This document shows positions 41,650 to 55,747 of a DNA stretch of 64,000 nucleotides, in pieces. The stretch is taken from NCBI RefSeq assembly GCF_026210795.1, contig NC_089431.1, positions 4,960,001 through 5,024,000 on the forward strand. Reading direction: 5' to 3'. The notes beneath the pieces are model-generated. The model worked only from the letters and a program-made list of their open reading frames with translations. It did not search any database and was not told the origin of the DNA. The position numbers and the translations under genes were made by a program. The stretch's first letter is position 1. Each line of letters starts with the position of its first letter. The DNA comes from Rhizophagus irregularis. Taxonomy: Eukaryota.

Positions 41650-43491
41650 TAAAAGATTTTGATAATTTAGATATTAATATCAAATTCAATTTCTTCGGTA
41701 ATATATTCTAAATTTAAGTTAAAGAAATTAGGTTTATTAATATAAACTAAAAGTTAACATTCATATATAAAAAGTATATTTGCATACCATTATTAAAATT
41801 CGTATCAATATCTAATTCGTTTTCTTTTGTAATGTAATCTAAAAAATATAATTATGATATTATTATGAAATCAGAATTATGAAAAATAATATATTGTTGA
41901 AATAAAGTAATTACCTTTATTTTCATATAACTTTTTACGTTTAGTATTTTGACCTAAATGTATTTTTTAAAAAAAAAAATTAATAAATATTGATTTTCAA
42001 TTTAATTTTTTTTTCAATTGTCAAATATCATACCATCATTATTAATATCTTCGACTAAATCATCCTCAAACCTTCTTTTGACTTTTTCTAAATTAATAGA
42101 TTGACTTCTTGAACACCATAAAGACATTGCAGAATTAATCATGCCACTTATAGGCCTACTCTTATAAATAGCACCTGGATTATTTATTATTACAGGTCCA
42201 ATATTTGACGATTTTATTACTTCAGTTGGATTATTATTTCTGCGATTTTCAATTTCCTTTATACTAATTTCATCAATTCTTTCTCTTATAATAGTAGCTG
42301 TTGGTCTTTTATCTGGAACAGAATGCCAACATTCTTTCATTAATTCAATATAACCTTCAGGTGCATTTGTTACAATTGGTGGTCGTAAACCATCCCAAAT
42401 ATCAATAATAAGTTCTGTATCATGATTTCGATCCCAAAAAAGTCTTCTACCTGTCATTAACTCCCACATAATCATTCTAAAACTATACTGTATATATCGG
42501 AAGGTTTATCATATTTTTGTCTTTGAAAAATCTCTGGAGCCATATAAGGAATAATACCATAATTTTCATTATCATCTCCAGATTCAGTTGCAGATTTACT
42601 TATACCAAGATCACCTATTGTTACATTATTAGTAAAACTATCATAATTAGCATACTCATTAAGAAAGATATTTCCACTGTGAAAATCCCTGTGGACAATA
42701 TTTACATTGTGTATTTGAACAATTCCATTTGCTATATTTCTTAATTTCAATAGCTTTGTTTTCCAGCTAATATTATAAAAATCTTTAGTGATGTAACGTA
42801 TCAAATCACCTGAATTATAATATGGCATGATAAACATGATATCTTTAGAATTAGGATCTTGAGTAATTCCAAAATATTTGCTAACATAATAACCATTTTT
42901 GACTTTAAGTTTTGAAGAAAGATCATAATATATCTTGAGCTAAAGTAAAGAAAACCTATTAGTTTGTTTATCTCATAAATTATAAGATTTATTGGTTATT
43001 CAAGAGTATAATTTGTACTGTACCTCGTTAAGCTTCTTGGATGTGATGTTCTTAGAATCATTAATCTTTTTGAGAACAACTTTATAATTAACGATACGAA
43101 CAATATTTTTATTACTATAACTCTCAATCGGACCATCTTTCCAATTAGCTTTATAAATCTTACTAAAACCTCCTTCAGCGATAAATTCTATATTAATGAA
43201 TTGTTCATAAGGAACAAATTCCATTTCTCCCTTTTTATTAACAAGATTAATTTGTGTATATCTGACAAAATCATCAATAACTTTATTTCCACTTGGGCCG
43301 TACTTATACAACTTCTTTATTCGGTAACAAACATGACATATCTGATGATTTTCATCCAAAGTTTTTTTTCTTTTATTACATTCGATACATTTCCTTTTTT
43401 TGTATTTTGAATTAACAGTGATTTGTGTTGGTTGAATCAAAGGTGTATTATTTGATGATATTTTATGTTTGTAATTAATTGGTTGTTCCAT
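41650..43491 (-). pseudogene. TKL kinase paralogue of 36889-38843, frameshifted
   Basis: Same exon layout; a short insertion near 42475-42490 breaks DIYSFGMIMW. Confidence 0.85.
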
Positions 43492-44054
43492 GTTTTTTAT
43501 AAAGGGGAAAATTTAGCTCATTAATTTGAGACGAGGAAAACTGCTGTCTAATATATACTTTTAAATTTAATTTTTTAAAACAAAGGAATTCTTTTTTTGA
43601 ATTCTATACACAATTCCTAGAAGTTTTTGCAAGAATTCTATAAGACGCACTGCATATATTAATGAGCTACGACAGCTACGACAATATACTTGTTGCCGAA
43701 ACTTGCCGAAAACATGGCCGAATCCTGAAATTATTCCGAAATTACCGAGCTTCGGCAACATGTATATACGACAATATCTGATTATGCATATGATGAAAAA
43801 ATGTGACGTTACACAATAATAATAAAAAAAGAGCGGGGTGTGTGTGCCACCTGTGATGAATAAAATTAGTTGTTTCAATGTAATGTTTCAATTGTTTCAT
43901 GGCTATACTAATTTTCCATGGAGGCAGTCCGGATGATTAAAATCATGTTGATCAATCGGACCCGGTTCACCAGCCATAATCACCATAATCAGGGGAGGTG
44001 CGTTGGCCAATAAGCGGCGATCACTGAATAAATTTTTTTTCTTTTATTTACGAT

Positions 44055-44640
44055 TATAATAAATTTACTTGAAATTTTAAGCGAAGAAGAGAATATTATG
44101 ATGCTACAATTGAAGTTGGCAATAACCCTGACGTAAATATTTCATGCTCATATGGTTATTTTAAAATATCGATCTCCTTATTTGAGAAGAATTTTGTCAA
44201 CTTTTAAAAAGAAAAACGATGAACTTTACACATTATTAAATTACCAAACATTTAACCGAAATTTATATAAAATAATTAAAATTTTTACCAACGTTTTTCT
44301 TTTATTTAGGTATATTTATAGTGAAAGACTTCCTTTGATAGAATATGATACCTTTAATATTTAAAAATCTTAGTTGCTGCCAGTGAACTAAGTCTTCAAA
44401 AACTAATTCATCATTTACAATCATATTTAAACAAGATGGATGAAACAAAAATTAATCTGATATATCAAACGAGCTTCGAAAATGATTTTTTTTTTGGATC
44501 TCCAAAATATTTGCACGATATTAATATCTAAACAATCAGAAAAAATTTCAATTCACCTAATTCTACTTGTACTCATGATGGATTTACAGTTGAAAAGTTT
44601 CATTATATTTGTGATAATCCATCTTATAACTTATCAATTG
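44055..44640 (+). pseudogene. BTB-BACK(-TLDc) remnant
   Basis: HAHMVILKYRSPYLRRILST, YQTSFEND; multiple frameshifts and deletions. Confidence 0.8.
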
Positions 44641-45084
44641 TTTGTAAAAGTTTTGAATTTAAATTTAAATTAAATGGATACTTAATTGATAAAAGAAGTT
44701 CATCAAGTTTATTATCGTATTCTTTTAATTTAAATCGTCTTTCTTTGAAAAAAAGTTCTCAAAATTATTTTTTTTTATATTGAAGTAAATTAAAAAACAA
44801 TTATTATTGTCGGTTGAAATAATATACTCTGTGACTTAATCAAACCCTTAATTTTTTGAGATTAAATTATTTTTGCATAATATGAAGGTTAGTTTCGAAA
44901 ATATACATATTTATCTATTAATAATGCGTTATACATAATAATTTAAAATAAAATGCCTCATACATTTAGCGATCAGAATTTTTACTATTTAATAATTAAA
45001 TATTATATTTTTCATAATTTACTCTAACAAACATTTTGTCGTTCTTAATTTAAAACATTGTTTTATGAATCCTACGCAATTTGA

Positions 45085-45810
45085 ACAATTTGAAATACTT
45101 CGAAAACTTTTAAAATTGAGTAATCATTGACTATTCTGATAGGTTTTTCATAAGAACTCTTATTACAACAAATTAATGATCCGTTGATAATTTCAATATT
45201 TCCATGACCAAATGATGGAATACTATCAAGATCATTAAATATAGCTTTCTTTTCATTTTTTAAACGACTTAATACATAATTTCTAATACTATCATCACTA
45301 AAAGAAAATATAAAACTATCATTAGTTATGCCATAATTACCATCAAATTTCCATTCAATCGGATTATACTGTACTCTCCGAGAATTTCAATTTAATAATT
45401 GTTACGTCGGTGTGGAATTAACCTATACAAATTTCACGAAATTTATTGAGTCTATGATACATTCCACCAGACTCATCATGAGAATCACGATATAATATAT
45501 GAAGTTGTCTTCAACAGTATGAAATTCCGATTTTTTGGTTAGTTCACATTCATCATCATTATCCAAAAAATAATTTATAAACTTTTTTATAACTCCTTTG
45601 GCAAAATTTTTTTATAAGGTAATACTTTCTTTAAAAATTTTTTAGTCAAAACTATAAAATTTAATAAAGGAACGCATTTTCGTAAGGTATTCTTTAAAGT
45701 ATTAAAATCATCTTTTGAAAAGTTTACAAGATCAGATGGAAGTTCTGGATTTTGAGCGAGTTCCCATTTAATCACACATTCTCAAAATTTTCAATTTCGC
45801 TTATTTGAAA
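45085..45810 (-). pseudogene. BACK-TLDc remnant
   Basis: LAQNPELPSD..FSKDDFNTLK and YNPIEWKFDGNYGITNDSFIFSF homology, frameshifted. Confidence 0.8.
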
Positions 45811-46452
45811 GACATTTTTTTATTTGGTTAAAATACAATGAGAAACAATAATCTAAAAGCTGCTGAGTATAATGATAACGCACTGTACTTCGTTATTCGT
45901 TACCTAATTTCAATTTTCAGCATTAATATGTCTAAATTTATGAGGGAAAAAAGTTTTTCCAATCAATATAACTAGTATTAATCCACAGAACCGAACCCGA
46001 ATCGGATCCGGACCATATTAGGACAATTCAGATCCATTAATAACTAGTCGTGTATTATTTGTTTTGCTATAAGTTCATATATTTAATATTCATAAATCAA
46101 TTTTATAACTAATATTTTGGATTAATATATGAAGTTATTTTCATGTATTCCGTGTAAATATTTTACAAAGCTAGAATTCAATATATACATATATTTATTT
46201 ATATTTATATATTTAAATATAATAATGTCTTAAATTTAAAGAAAAGTAGTTTATAATGATTTTCGGCAAATTTTATTAAATTCACAATTAAAACAAATTT
46301 ATCTCAGTTTTTATTTAATGTATTTTTAAATGTTTATATATGAATGAGTTATTTCATAACATCAAAAATAAAACTAAAATTTCTTTATGTATCATGAACA
46401 CTTTTTAAAGCTACAAACAAGCTCGTTAAATATTTTTCTTCTTGGACATGCC

Positions 46453-47153
46453 CTATAAATTTAAAAAATAAGGTTAGTTACAGAAAATAACTAAGTAAGA
46501 TTCCGTTCAGGCTGTAACCTTGGATGCAATTGGGAAGAAACTAGCCCGATCGTGAACCCTGCAGCGCGCACCATCACTTCATACTTACCATATATAATGG
46601 ATTAGTGGTCTCCCTAATATGTTTAGCAATCGATTATACCCTATATCAAAAAACTAAGGTTAGTTACAAATATAACTAAGTAAGATTCCGTTCAGGCTGT
46701 AACCTTGGATGCAATTGGGAAGAAACTAGCCCGATCGTGAACCCTGCAGCGCGCACCATCACTTCATACTTACCATATATAATGGATTAGTGGTCTCCCT
46801 AAAATGTTTAGCAATCGATTATACCCTATATCAAAAAATTAAGGTTAGTTACAAATATAACTAAGTAAGATTCCGTTCAGGCTGTAACCTTGGATGCAAT
46901 TGGGAAGAAACTAGCCCGATCGTGAACCCTGCAGCGCGCACCATCACTTCATACTTACCATATATAGTGGATTAGTGGTCTCCCTAATATGTTTAGCAAT
47001 CTTTTCTTTTTGATTATACCCTATATCAAAAAACTAAGGTTAGTTACAAATATAACTAAGTAAGATTCCGTTCAGGCTGTAACCTTGGATGCAATTGGGA
47101 AGAAACTAGCCCGATCGTGAACCCTGCAGTGCGCACCATCACTTCATACTCAC
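46453..47153 (-). repeat. Tandem array A: four conserved 133-136-nt intron-like units separated by 52/52/62-nt spacers; candidate intronic ncRNA
   Basis: Each unit on the minus strand reads GTRAGTATG..GC-rich core..CTGA..ACTAAC..T-rich..ATAG. Confidence 0.8.
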
Positions 47154-49181
47154 CATACATAATGGTTTTAATTTCATATCATGCTTGATTTAAAAATGAT
47201 TTCTTCTTATTATTTCTGATCATTTTAAATTTTTCAAACGAGGGAAATTTTTTAGATAGGAATATAAATTAATAAGAAATAAATAACTAATAGGAAATAA
47301 ATCAACTTAATGAGAAATAAATAAATAATTAATAGGAAATAAATTAAAATGAAACTATCAGATTTTGTCCTCTTTTATATCATTTTCTAATCATGTGATA
47401 TGAGTCTAATGATGTGTAACTAAATGTAATTATGACTGTAAGTGTAACTATGACTGTTTTTGATTCAAGATTATTCACATCAATGTGTCATAACTGCTAG
47501 CTTAATGTATAGTAATTGTTTGTAATATTTAGTCAATGTGTTTTATTCCCTATAAAGAAGTACTATGTACTATCTGATTCATTTTATTTATAAGCATATT
47601 TATTTTCATGATAAATTAGTTTGCTACAGACAATAATATGCACTTTACTATAATTTGTCATAATATAGATCAAATAAGAGATAGTAAGGATGACTCATTT
47701 TAATTTAATATTTTTATTAAACTGAAATGTAACTGTTTATTCTGATCAGTAGAATATTAAATTTATGTCATTGTGACAGTTAAATTTAGAGTAATAATTG
47801 TTCAGACTGACAAATGACAACCTCATTGAAAACTGTAATTTATAATTATATAATGTGAACTTGACCGAGTAATTAGAATATTACCTATGTATAAAAATGA
47901 GGTAATTACATGAAAAAAAATGATAAATTTCTTAATTTTGAACAATATACAGTATATACCAGTATCAAAACAATTAATATAATTAGTTAGCCGGTAAGTA
48001 TTATTATCGGTTTAAAATTGAATAGTAAAAAAATCGAATCATGTAATCTATAAATTATTCTTCTTCAAGTCCTTAAATTTTTTCTTTTATCTTATTTTTT
48101 CTTTTATATTTAAAATAATACTAATGCATTGCATTATTTTAATTCAAGTTTTTTTAGTAAATAAGGAGAATGATATCTTAAAATAACTATATAAGCACTA
48201 CATTAGGATTATCACTAATTTCTTAATTTTCTGCAAGATTAGATTTTCTGCAATTCAAAGAATTTAAAAAAAGTTGGATAGATATCCCTTAACAAAAAAT
48301 AACTATTTATACTCTGTTCAGACTATAACCTTGGATGCAATTGGGAAGAAACCAGCCCGATCGTCTTTGTACGATCGACTGCAGCAGATCATATTTTATT
48401 TTTTTTTTCGATTTGTTTTTTTTAAAAAATCGAAAATCGAAAAAAAAATTTGATATTTTCTTTTTTTCATTTTTTTTTAATTTTTTTTTTCAATTTTTTT
48501 TTTTTCAATTTTTTCCGATTTTTTTAAATTCTTTTTTCGGTTTGGTTATTTTCTGAAACCAAAATTTTTTTTTTAAATATTTTTAATTTTTCTTTTTTTT
48601 TTAAAACTGAATTTTTCTTGATTTCTTTTTCCTTTATAATTTTACTATTTTTTTTTATATAATTTTTTTTATTTAATTTATATATAATTTTATACGGAGA
48701 AAAAGGCACTTACTGTGGTATAGCATCGATCCGATCAACTGATCCAACCCCAAAGGGTGAGAGACAATAATTAGGGAAAAAAATATAAGAATCAGTGCTA
48801 CCTAACACCGCAGCGTCAATCTGATCACTGACAATAAATTGAGTAATTGAATAAAAAAAAACACAATATAGAATTTATATAACATATTTTAATTTTATTG
48901 CCATTATTATTTAAGCGTAAAATACTTTTGCTTAATACAGTTTCGAAAAAAATGAACGTTATAATAATGTAAACCATATAAGATTGTACTCAATTCATCT
49001 TGTCAACTGAAATAATAATACAACAAAATGCTTCAATATTGATTTTATAATAAGCTAAAATACAATATTATTTGATAGCTAAAAATTTTTTTCTATTTAT
49101 CAATTAAAATCCAAAAAAAAGTAAATACTTTATTTTTATTCAAATCATAGGCATTTTTAGAGTAAATTATGAAAATCAATC

Positions 49182-50662
49182 CTATACAACTTGAAATATT
49201 TCAATTTCTCTTATAGCATCACGCTTATCTGTGTTTCTGATCGGTTTTTCATAAGATTTTTTGTGACATTGAATTATTGATCCATTGATAGCTCGAAGAT
49301 CTCCATTACCAAATGATGGAGCCACAGTGCTTCCGTTACAAATAGCATTATTTTCATTTCTTACACGACTTAAAATAACATCACTATTCTTAAAAGAAAA
49401 TATAAAACTATCATTGGTAATACCATAACTCCCATCAAATTTCCATTCAATTGGATTATATCCTCCAAGAATTTCGTTACTATCACTCATTTTATAAATT
49501 GTTACAGTGCGGAATTGATTCTTACAAGCTTTTTGGCAATTTTGATATCCTGTGAACGACCCATATACACGAAAATCACGATACAATAATTTGAATTCAT
49601 ATGAGGTTGTCGACTTGTCTGTAGTTTCTAATTTATCAATCCATTTTGAGATTAATTCGGCATGTTGATTTGTAATGATATTAGAATCAATATTTTTTGA
49701 TTTAATCTCTCCAACGGTACGAGGTTCTGATTTTTTAATTGGAGTGTCGTCATTATTATTATCCAAAAAATATTCTAGTAAATTATCATATAATTCTTTT
49801 GGTAAAATTTTTTTATAAGGTTTTACTTTTTTCAAAAATTCTTTGGAAGTTAAATTACGGAATCTAATAAAAGGAATGCATTGCTGTAAGGTACTCTTTA
49901 AAGTATTGAAATCATCTTTTGAAAAGCTGGTAGGATCAGAAGGAAGTTCTGGATTTTGTGCAAGTCCCCATTTAATCACATGTTCCCAAACTTGGATTTC
50001 GCTCATTTGATGATTATCGTTCTTAATAATCGTAACTAAAAGTTTTTTTGGAACCGAAGTGAAACGTGGTGAATTAAATATCTTATTTGGTTCTTTTGAA
50101 ATCAAATTAATACAATATTTTTGAAGTTCTAAAAAAGAATCGTTTTCAAAACTTGTTCGATATATCAAATCAAAATTCTGTTCCATCCAATGTTTTTTAT
50201 TTTCAATCAAAAAGGATTCTAAATAAGGGATTAATTCCTGAAGACCTAGTTCATTAGCAGCTATCAAGATTTTAATGATATCTGAAATATCATATTCCTC
50301 CAAAGAAAGTCTACCTCCATAAATATACCTAAATAATAATAAAAAAAATTTGTAAAAAAAAATATTTATAACGCATGATGAGAGATATTCTTTTTTTTTT
50401 ATTACCTTAAGATTATCTGGAAAGTATCAGGTAAAATACTTGGTAGTTTAATATTTGTCAAAGTCCCATCATTTTTCTTTTCATTAGTTGATAAAATTCT
50501 TCGCAAATATGGGGAACGATAATTTAAAATAACCATATGAGCACGAAATATTTTTACGACAGGGTCATTACCAACTTCAACTGTAATATCATAATATTCG
50601 TCATCATTTAAAATTTCAAGTAAATTTTGTGTTAATTTTGACAAAAGTTTATTATCAATCAT
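49182..50662 (-). CDS. BTB/POZ-BACK-TLDc protein, tandem copy 1
   Basis: Two exons (BTB 50662-~50406; BACK-TLDc ~50328-49182), open reading frames. Confidence 0.9.
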
Positions 50663-50849
50663 TATAATTTTAAAATAAGATAAATGAGAGTGTGAATTCT
50701 CGAAAAAAAAAAACCTAAACTACAAACCTTATTTATAACAGCTTGAAGATCATTGCAGATCGCTTTCATTGACATCATGTTCAAGATTAACTAATTTTGG
50801 TACGTTCGGCGTTCAATAAGTACACGAAGCAGCAAATAGAAAAAATGCA

Positions 50850-52185
50850 AATTTGTCCTTGTCACTGAATCCCTTTCATTTGAAAGATTATTATCCTAAA
50901 TGAGCGTGACTAAAAACTTCTTTGTAATCGAAGAGAAATTTGGTGACTCAAAAATCTTAAAATCTTATTCGGTTCTTTGGAAATTAAATAAGTATAATAT
51001 TTTTGAAGTTCTAAAGAATCAGTTATAATGCTTGTTTGATATATCAAACCAAAATTCTGTGTTCCATCCAGTTTTTATCGCTTTAAATCAAAAAGTATTC
51101 CAAATAAGGAATTAATTCTTGAAGATTAAGTAAAATTTAATAATGTCTGAAAGGTCATATTCTTTCAATGAAAGTCTTCCTCTACAGATGTATCTAAATA
51201 AAATAATAATAATAAAATTAGAAACATATTTATTAAAAATGATAACAATAATAATGTCAGGTCATATATATACAGTATACTCGAAAAACTAAAATTTGCG
51301 GTGACGATCACGTGGCGGACAGAGAAATTCACGTGATCGATTTATTATTTCATTATTGTCCTTCGCTTCGCTCCGGACAATAATTTACCTTAAGATTATT
51401 TGAAATATTTCGGGTAAAATATTTAGTAATTCAGTAAGGACCCCGAAATATATATAAAAAGGTAATATCAGATATGACCTTCGAACTTTTTGCTAATAGC
51501 TGTACGCAAGGGTTTTCTATAAGTTCAGTACGCAAAATTACCTCCTTACTTTGGATAACTGATAAACCGATCATCATGTGATTTAACTATTGTTTTCTGA
51601 TCAAACTTAACGTTTGTCGAAGAATAATTTTTTAAAAATTTTAAAAAAATTTAATAACTTTATATGTCACATAATTATTTTCTTTTGGGGCACCATCTTG
51701 CCTTTTATATAAATGTATTTATTAAATGCACGAGCATTACAAATTTTTTTGTACTAAATAAAGTTTTTTTGCACCAATAGTTATTTATACTGTATTTATT
51801 TATATTTATCTCAATGAAATATATATATATATGATCAGCCAAATTACTAAAAATACGCAAAATAAACCCTTAAACAAAAAACCTGTTAAAAATACGTGGC
51901 TAAAAAATCATCAGGTTGTACGCAAATCAATACCCCGTAAATTTCTCTATGCGACGCAAATCAACCTACACTACATATATATTTCGGGGACCTATTTAGT
52001 ATAAAATTCCATTATTATAGTTGATAAAAGTCTTTTTCAAATAAGGAGAACGACCATATGAGCACGAAACACTTATACGTCATAATCATTACCAACTTCA
52101 ATAGTAATATCATAGTATTTCTCACCACTTAGAATTTCGAGAAAATTTTTTTGATAATTTTGGTAAAAGTTTACTGTCAATCATT
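50850..52185 (-). pseudogene. BTB-BACK pseudogene (unit 1) with MITE insertion
   Basis: Degenerate YYDITIEVGND..FRAHMV and BACK homology. Confidence 0.75.
51437..51993. mobile_element. MITE, AGGACCC family, 8-bp TSD
   Basis: TIR AGGACCCCGAAATATATAT; flanks ATTCAGTA/ATTTAGTA; empty site in the third unit (~63438). Confidence 0.8.
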
Positions 52186-52334
52186 GAAATCAATGGTTTA
52201 GATTATTGGATTGACGCTTGAGTCTAAAGATTAATATTTTAGAAAAATTTCTCAAATAGAGTAAATAATGTGTATAATATGATAAATATTTTTATTCGTT
52301 TCAATGAACACTTTTTAAAAGCTACAAATAAGCT

Positions 52335-52874
52335 AGGACCCAGAAATATATATATAAGGGTCAGGTGGCGAAAATTTTTTTTACTATGAGCTGTACGCAG
52401 AGACTTTTTATATGAGTAGTACGCATAATTGACACCTGATATTGAAAATCCTGCAAAAATACGCAAATAAAATTTCAGACATTAAGTTATTAATTATTTT
52501 ATCATGACTTCTATATTATTTATAAAACCAAATACTAATGTGAAAAAATAGAATTTATTCTAATTTACCATTTTTTTAATAATATTTTTCTAAAATTTAA
52601 CTTTTTAAACCCTTAGAATTTCTTCAATTAATACTAAATATTACAATGCGGTTAATGTACAGTAAATATATAAGATTAGCCAAATTTAGGCCAAAAATAC
52701 GCAAACTAATTTTTTACATACAAAAATTTCGATAAAAAATACGCAATTTTGATGACCTAACTATGGATGGAAAATTCTTAGATTGTACGTAAATCAAAAC
52801 TTTACTCTTTCTAATTTCACTATGATGGCGACGCATCTGTGTACCCTACCCCTGTATATATATTTCTGGGTCCT
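52335..52874. mobile_element. MITE, AGGACCC family, 8-bp TSD
   Basis: TIR AGGACCCAGAAATATATATA, perfect TSD AATAAGCT; empty site at ~60298. Confidence 0.9.
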
Positions 52875-53028
52875 AATAAGCTCTTTTAAAATTAATCATA
52901 TTTTAGGTCGAATCAGGACGGTTGTTGGATCAGTCGTTAACATCTTAAGGGCCAGTACTTTTCTTACCGCGGTACCTTGTTTTTTTTTTCAATTGTAGTG
53001 ATTAAATATTTTCTCCTTGAACATTGCC

Positions 53029-53533
53029 CTATAAAATTAAAAAATAAGGTTAGTTACAAAATAACTAAGTAAGATTCCGTTCAGGCTGTAACCTTGGATG
53101 CAATTGGGAAGAAACTAGCCCGATCGTGAACCCTGCAGCGCGCACCATCACTTCATACTTACCATATATAGTAACCTCTCTAATATATTTTCTTCTTGAT
53201 TATACCCTATATAAAAAAACTAAGGTTAGTTACAAATATAACTAAGTAAGATTCCGTTCAGGCTGTAACCTTGGATGCAATTGGGAAGAAACTAGCCCGA
53301 TCGTGAACCCTGCAGCGCGCACCATCACTTCATACTTACCATATATAGTGGATTAGTGGTCTCCCTAATATGTTTAGCAATCATTTCCTTTTGATTGTGC
53401 CCTATATCAAAAACTAAGGTTAGTTACAAATATAACTAAGTAAGATTCCGTTCAGGCTGTAACCTTGGATGCAATTGGGAAGAAACTAGCCCGATCGTGA
53501 ACCCTGCAGTGCGCACCATCACTTCATACTCAC
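53029..53533 (-). repeat. Tandem array B: three intron-like units with 44/62-nt spacers
   Basis: Same core as array A; spacers differ. Confidence 0.8.
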
Positions 53534-53649
53534 CATACATAATGGCTTTGAATTTCATATCATGCTTGATTTAAAAATGATTTCTTCTTATTATTTCTGA
53601 TCATTTTAAATTTTTCAAACGAGGGAAATTTTTTAGATAGGAATATAAA

Positions 53650-53990
53650 TTAATAAGAAATAAATAACTAATAGGAAATAAATCAACTTAATGAGAAATA
53701 AATAAATAATTAATAGGAAATAAATTAACTTAGAGAATAAATAATTAATAGGAAATAAATTAAAATGAGAAATAAATAATTAATTAATAGGAAATAAATT
53801 AACTTAGAGAATAAATAATTAATAGGAAATAAATTAAAATGAGAAATAAATAATTAATTAATAGGAAATAAATTAACTTAGAGAATAAATAATTAATAGG
53901 AAATAAATTAAAATGAGAAATAAATAATTTATTAATAGGAAATAAATTAACTTAGAGAATAAATAATTAATAGGAAATAAATTAAAATGA
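53650..53990. repeat. AT-rich minisatellite expansion
   Basis: Repeated AATAGGAAATAAATTAA..GAGAA units, longer than the equivalent at 47260-47350. Confidence 0.8.
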
Positions 53991-55747
53991 TTTTGTCCTC
54001 TTTTATATCATTTTCTAATCATGTGATATGAGTCTAATGATGTGTAACTAAATGTAATTATGACTGTAAGTGTAACTATGACTGTTTTTGATTCAAGATT
54101 ATTCACATCAATGTTAATGTATAGTAATTGTTTGTAATATTTAGTCAATGTGTTTTATTCCCTATAAAGAAGTACTATGTACTATCTGATTCAATTTATT
54201 TATAATATTTATTTTCATGATAAATTAGTTTGCTACAGACAATATTATGCACTTTACTATAATTGGTCATAATATAGATCAAATAAGAGATAGTAAGGAT
54301 GACTCATTTTAATTTAATATTTTATTAAACTGAAATGTAACTGTTTATTCTGATTAGTAGAATATTAAATTTATGTCATTGTGACAGTTAAATTTAGAGT
54401 AATAATTGTTCAGACTGACAAATGACAAAAAACTGAATCTTCATTTAAAAGAAAACTGTAATTTATAATTATATCATCTTTCTATTTGTAAATTTGATCG
54501 AATATTACTTACGTATAAAATGAGGCAATTACATTGAAAAAAACTGATAAATTTCTTAATTTTGAATAATATACAGTATATACCAGTATCAAAACAATTA
54601 ATATAATTAGTCAGTAACTATTATTATCGGTTTAAAATTGAATAGTAAATTAATCGAATCATGTAATATATAAATTATTCTTCTTCAAGTCCTTAAATTT
54701 TTCTTTTACTGTATATTATTTTTCTTTTATATTTAAAATAATACTAATGCATTGCATTATTTTAATTCAAGTTTTTTTAATTAATAAGGAGAATGACATC
54801 TTAAAATAACGATATAAGCACTACATTAGAGTTAGCACTAATTTTTTGTAATTTTCTGCAAGATTAGATTTTCTGCAATTCAAAGAATTCAAAAAAAGTT
54901 AGTTACTGATAACTTGGGATAGATATCCCTTATCAAAAAATAACTAGTTCAGACTATAACCTTGGATGCAATTGGGAAGAACCAGCCCGATCATCTTTGT
55001 ACGATCGGCTTGCAGCAGATCGCGTTTTATTTTATTTTTTTTTTCGATTTGTTTTTTTTTTAAATCGAAAATCGAAAAAAAAATTTGATATTTTCTTTTT
55101 TTCATTTTTTTTTAATTTTTTCTTTCTGTTTTTTTCTTTTAAACCAATTTTTTTAAGCAAAAATTTTTTTTCAAATCTTTTTTTTTCCAATTTTTTCCGA
55201 TTTTTTTAAATTCTTTTTTTCGGTTTGGTTATTTTCTGAAACCAAAATTTTTTTTTTAAATATTTTTAATTTTTCTTTTTTTTTTAAAAACTGAATTTTT
55301 CTTAATTTCTTTTTCCTTTATAATTTTACTATTTTTTTTTATATAATTTTTTTTATTTAATTTTTATATATAATTTTATACGGAGAAAAAGGCACTTACT
55401 GTGGCATAACATCGATCCGATCAACTGATCCAACCCAAAGGGTGAGAGAAAATAACTAGGAAAAAAAATATAAGAATCAGTGCTGCCATAACACCGCAGC
55501 GTCAATCTGATCACTGATCTTGAATCAAGCCTAAAAGAACATTTAAGCGTAAAATACTTTTGCTTAATACAGTTTTGAAAAAAAATGAACGTTATAATAA
55601 TGTAAACTATATAAGATTGTACTCGATTCATCATGTCAACTGAAATAATTATATATTAGTAGCTAATTAAAAAATACTTCAACATTGATTTTATTACAAT
55701 ATTTAACAGTTAAAATTTTCTTTCTATTTATCAATTAAAAATCAATC

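Noticed and set aside
17092..43410. Short antisense or overlapping ORFs over kinase, BTB, Sel1 and transposase genes
   Set aside because: Shadow frames with no independent motif
46510..46560. U14 snoRNA, hammerhead ribozyme or tRNA
   Set aside because: CCTTGGATG is not followed by TCTGA as in U14; no CUGANGA core for a hammerhead; no cloverleaf
46581..46591. U1 snRNA 5' end (ATACTTACC)
   Set aside because: No U1 body or Sm site follows; it is the reverse complement of a splice donor
46453..47153. CRISPR array
   Set aside because: Repeats are ~133 nt, spacers are homologous to one another, no cas genes, eukaryotic context
48335..48709. F/K-rich ORFs (also 54997, 59618-59903, 60519)
   Set aside because: Artefacts of poly-T/poly-A low-complexity tracts
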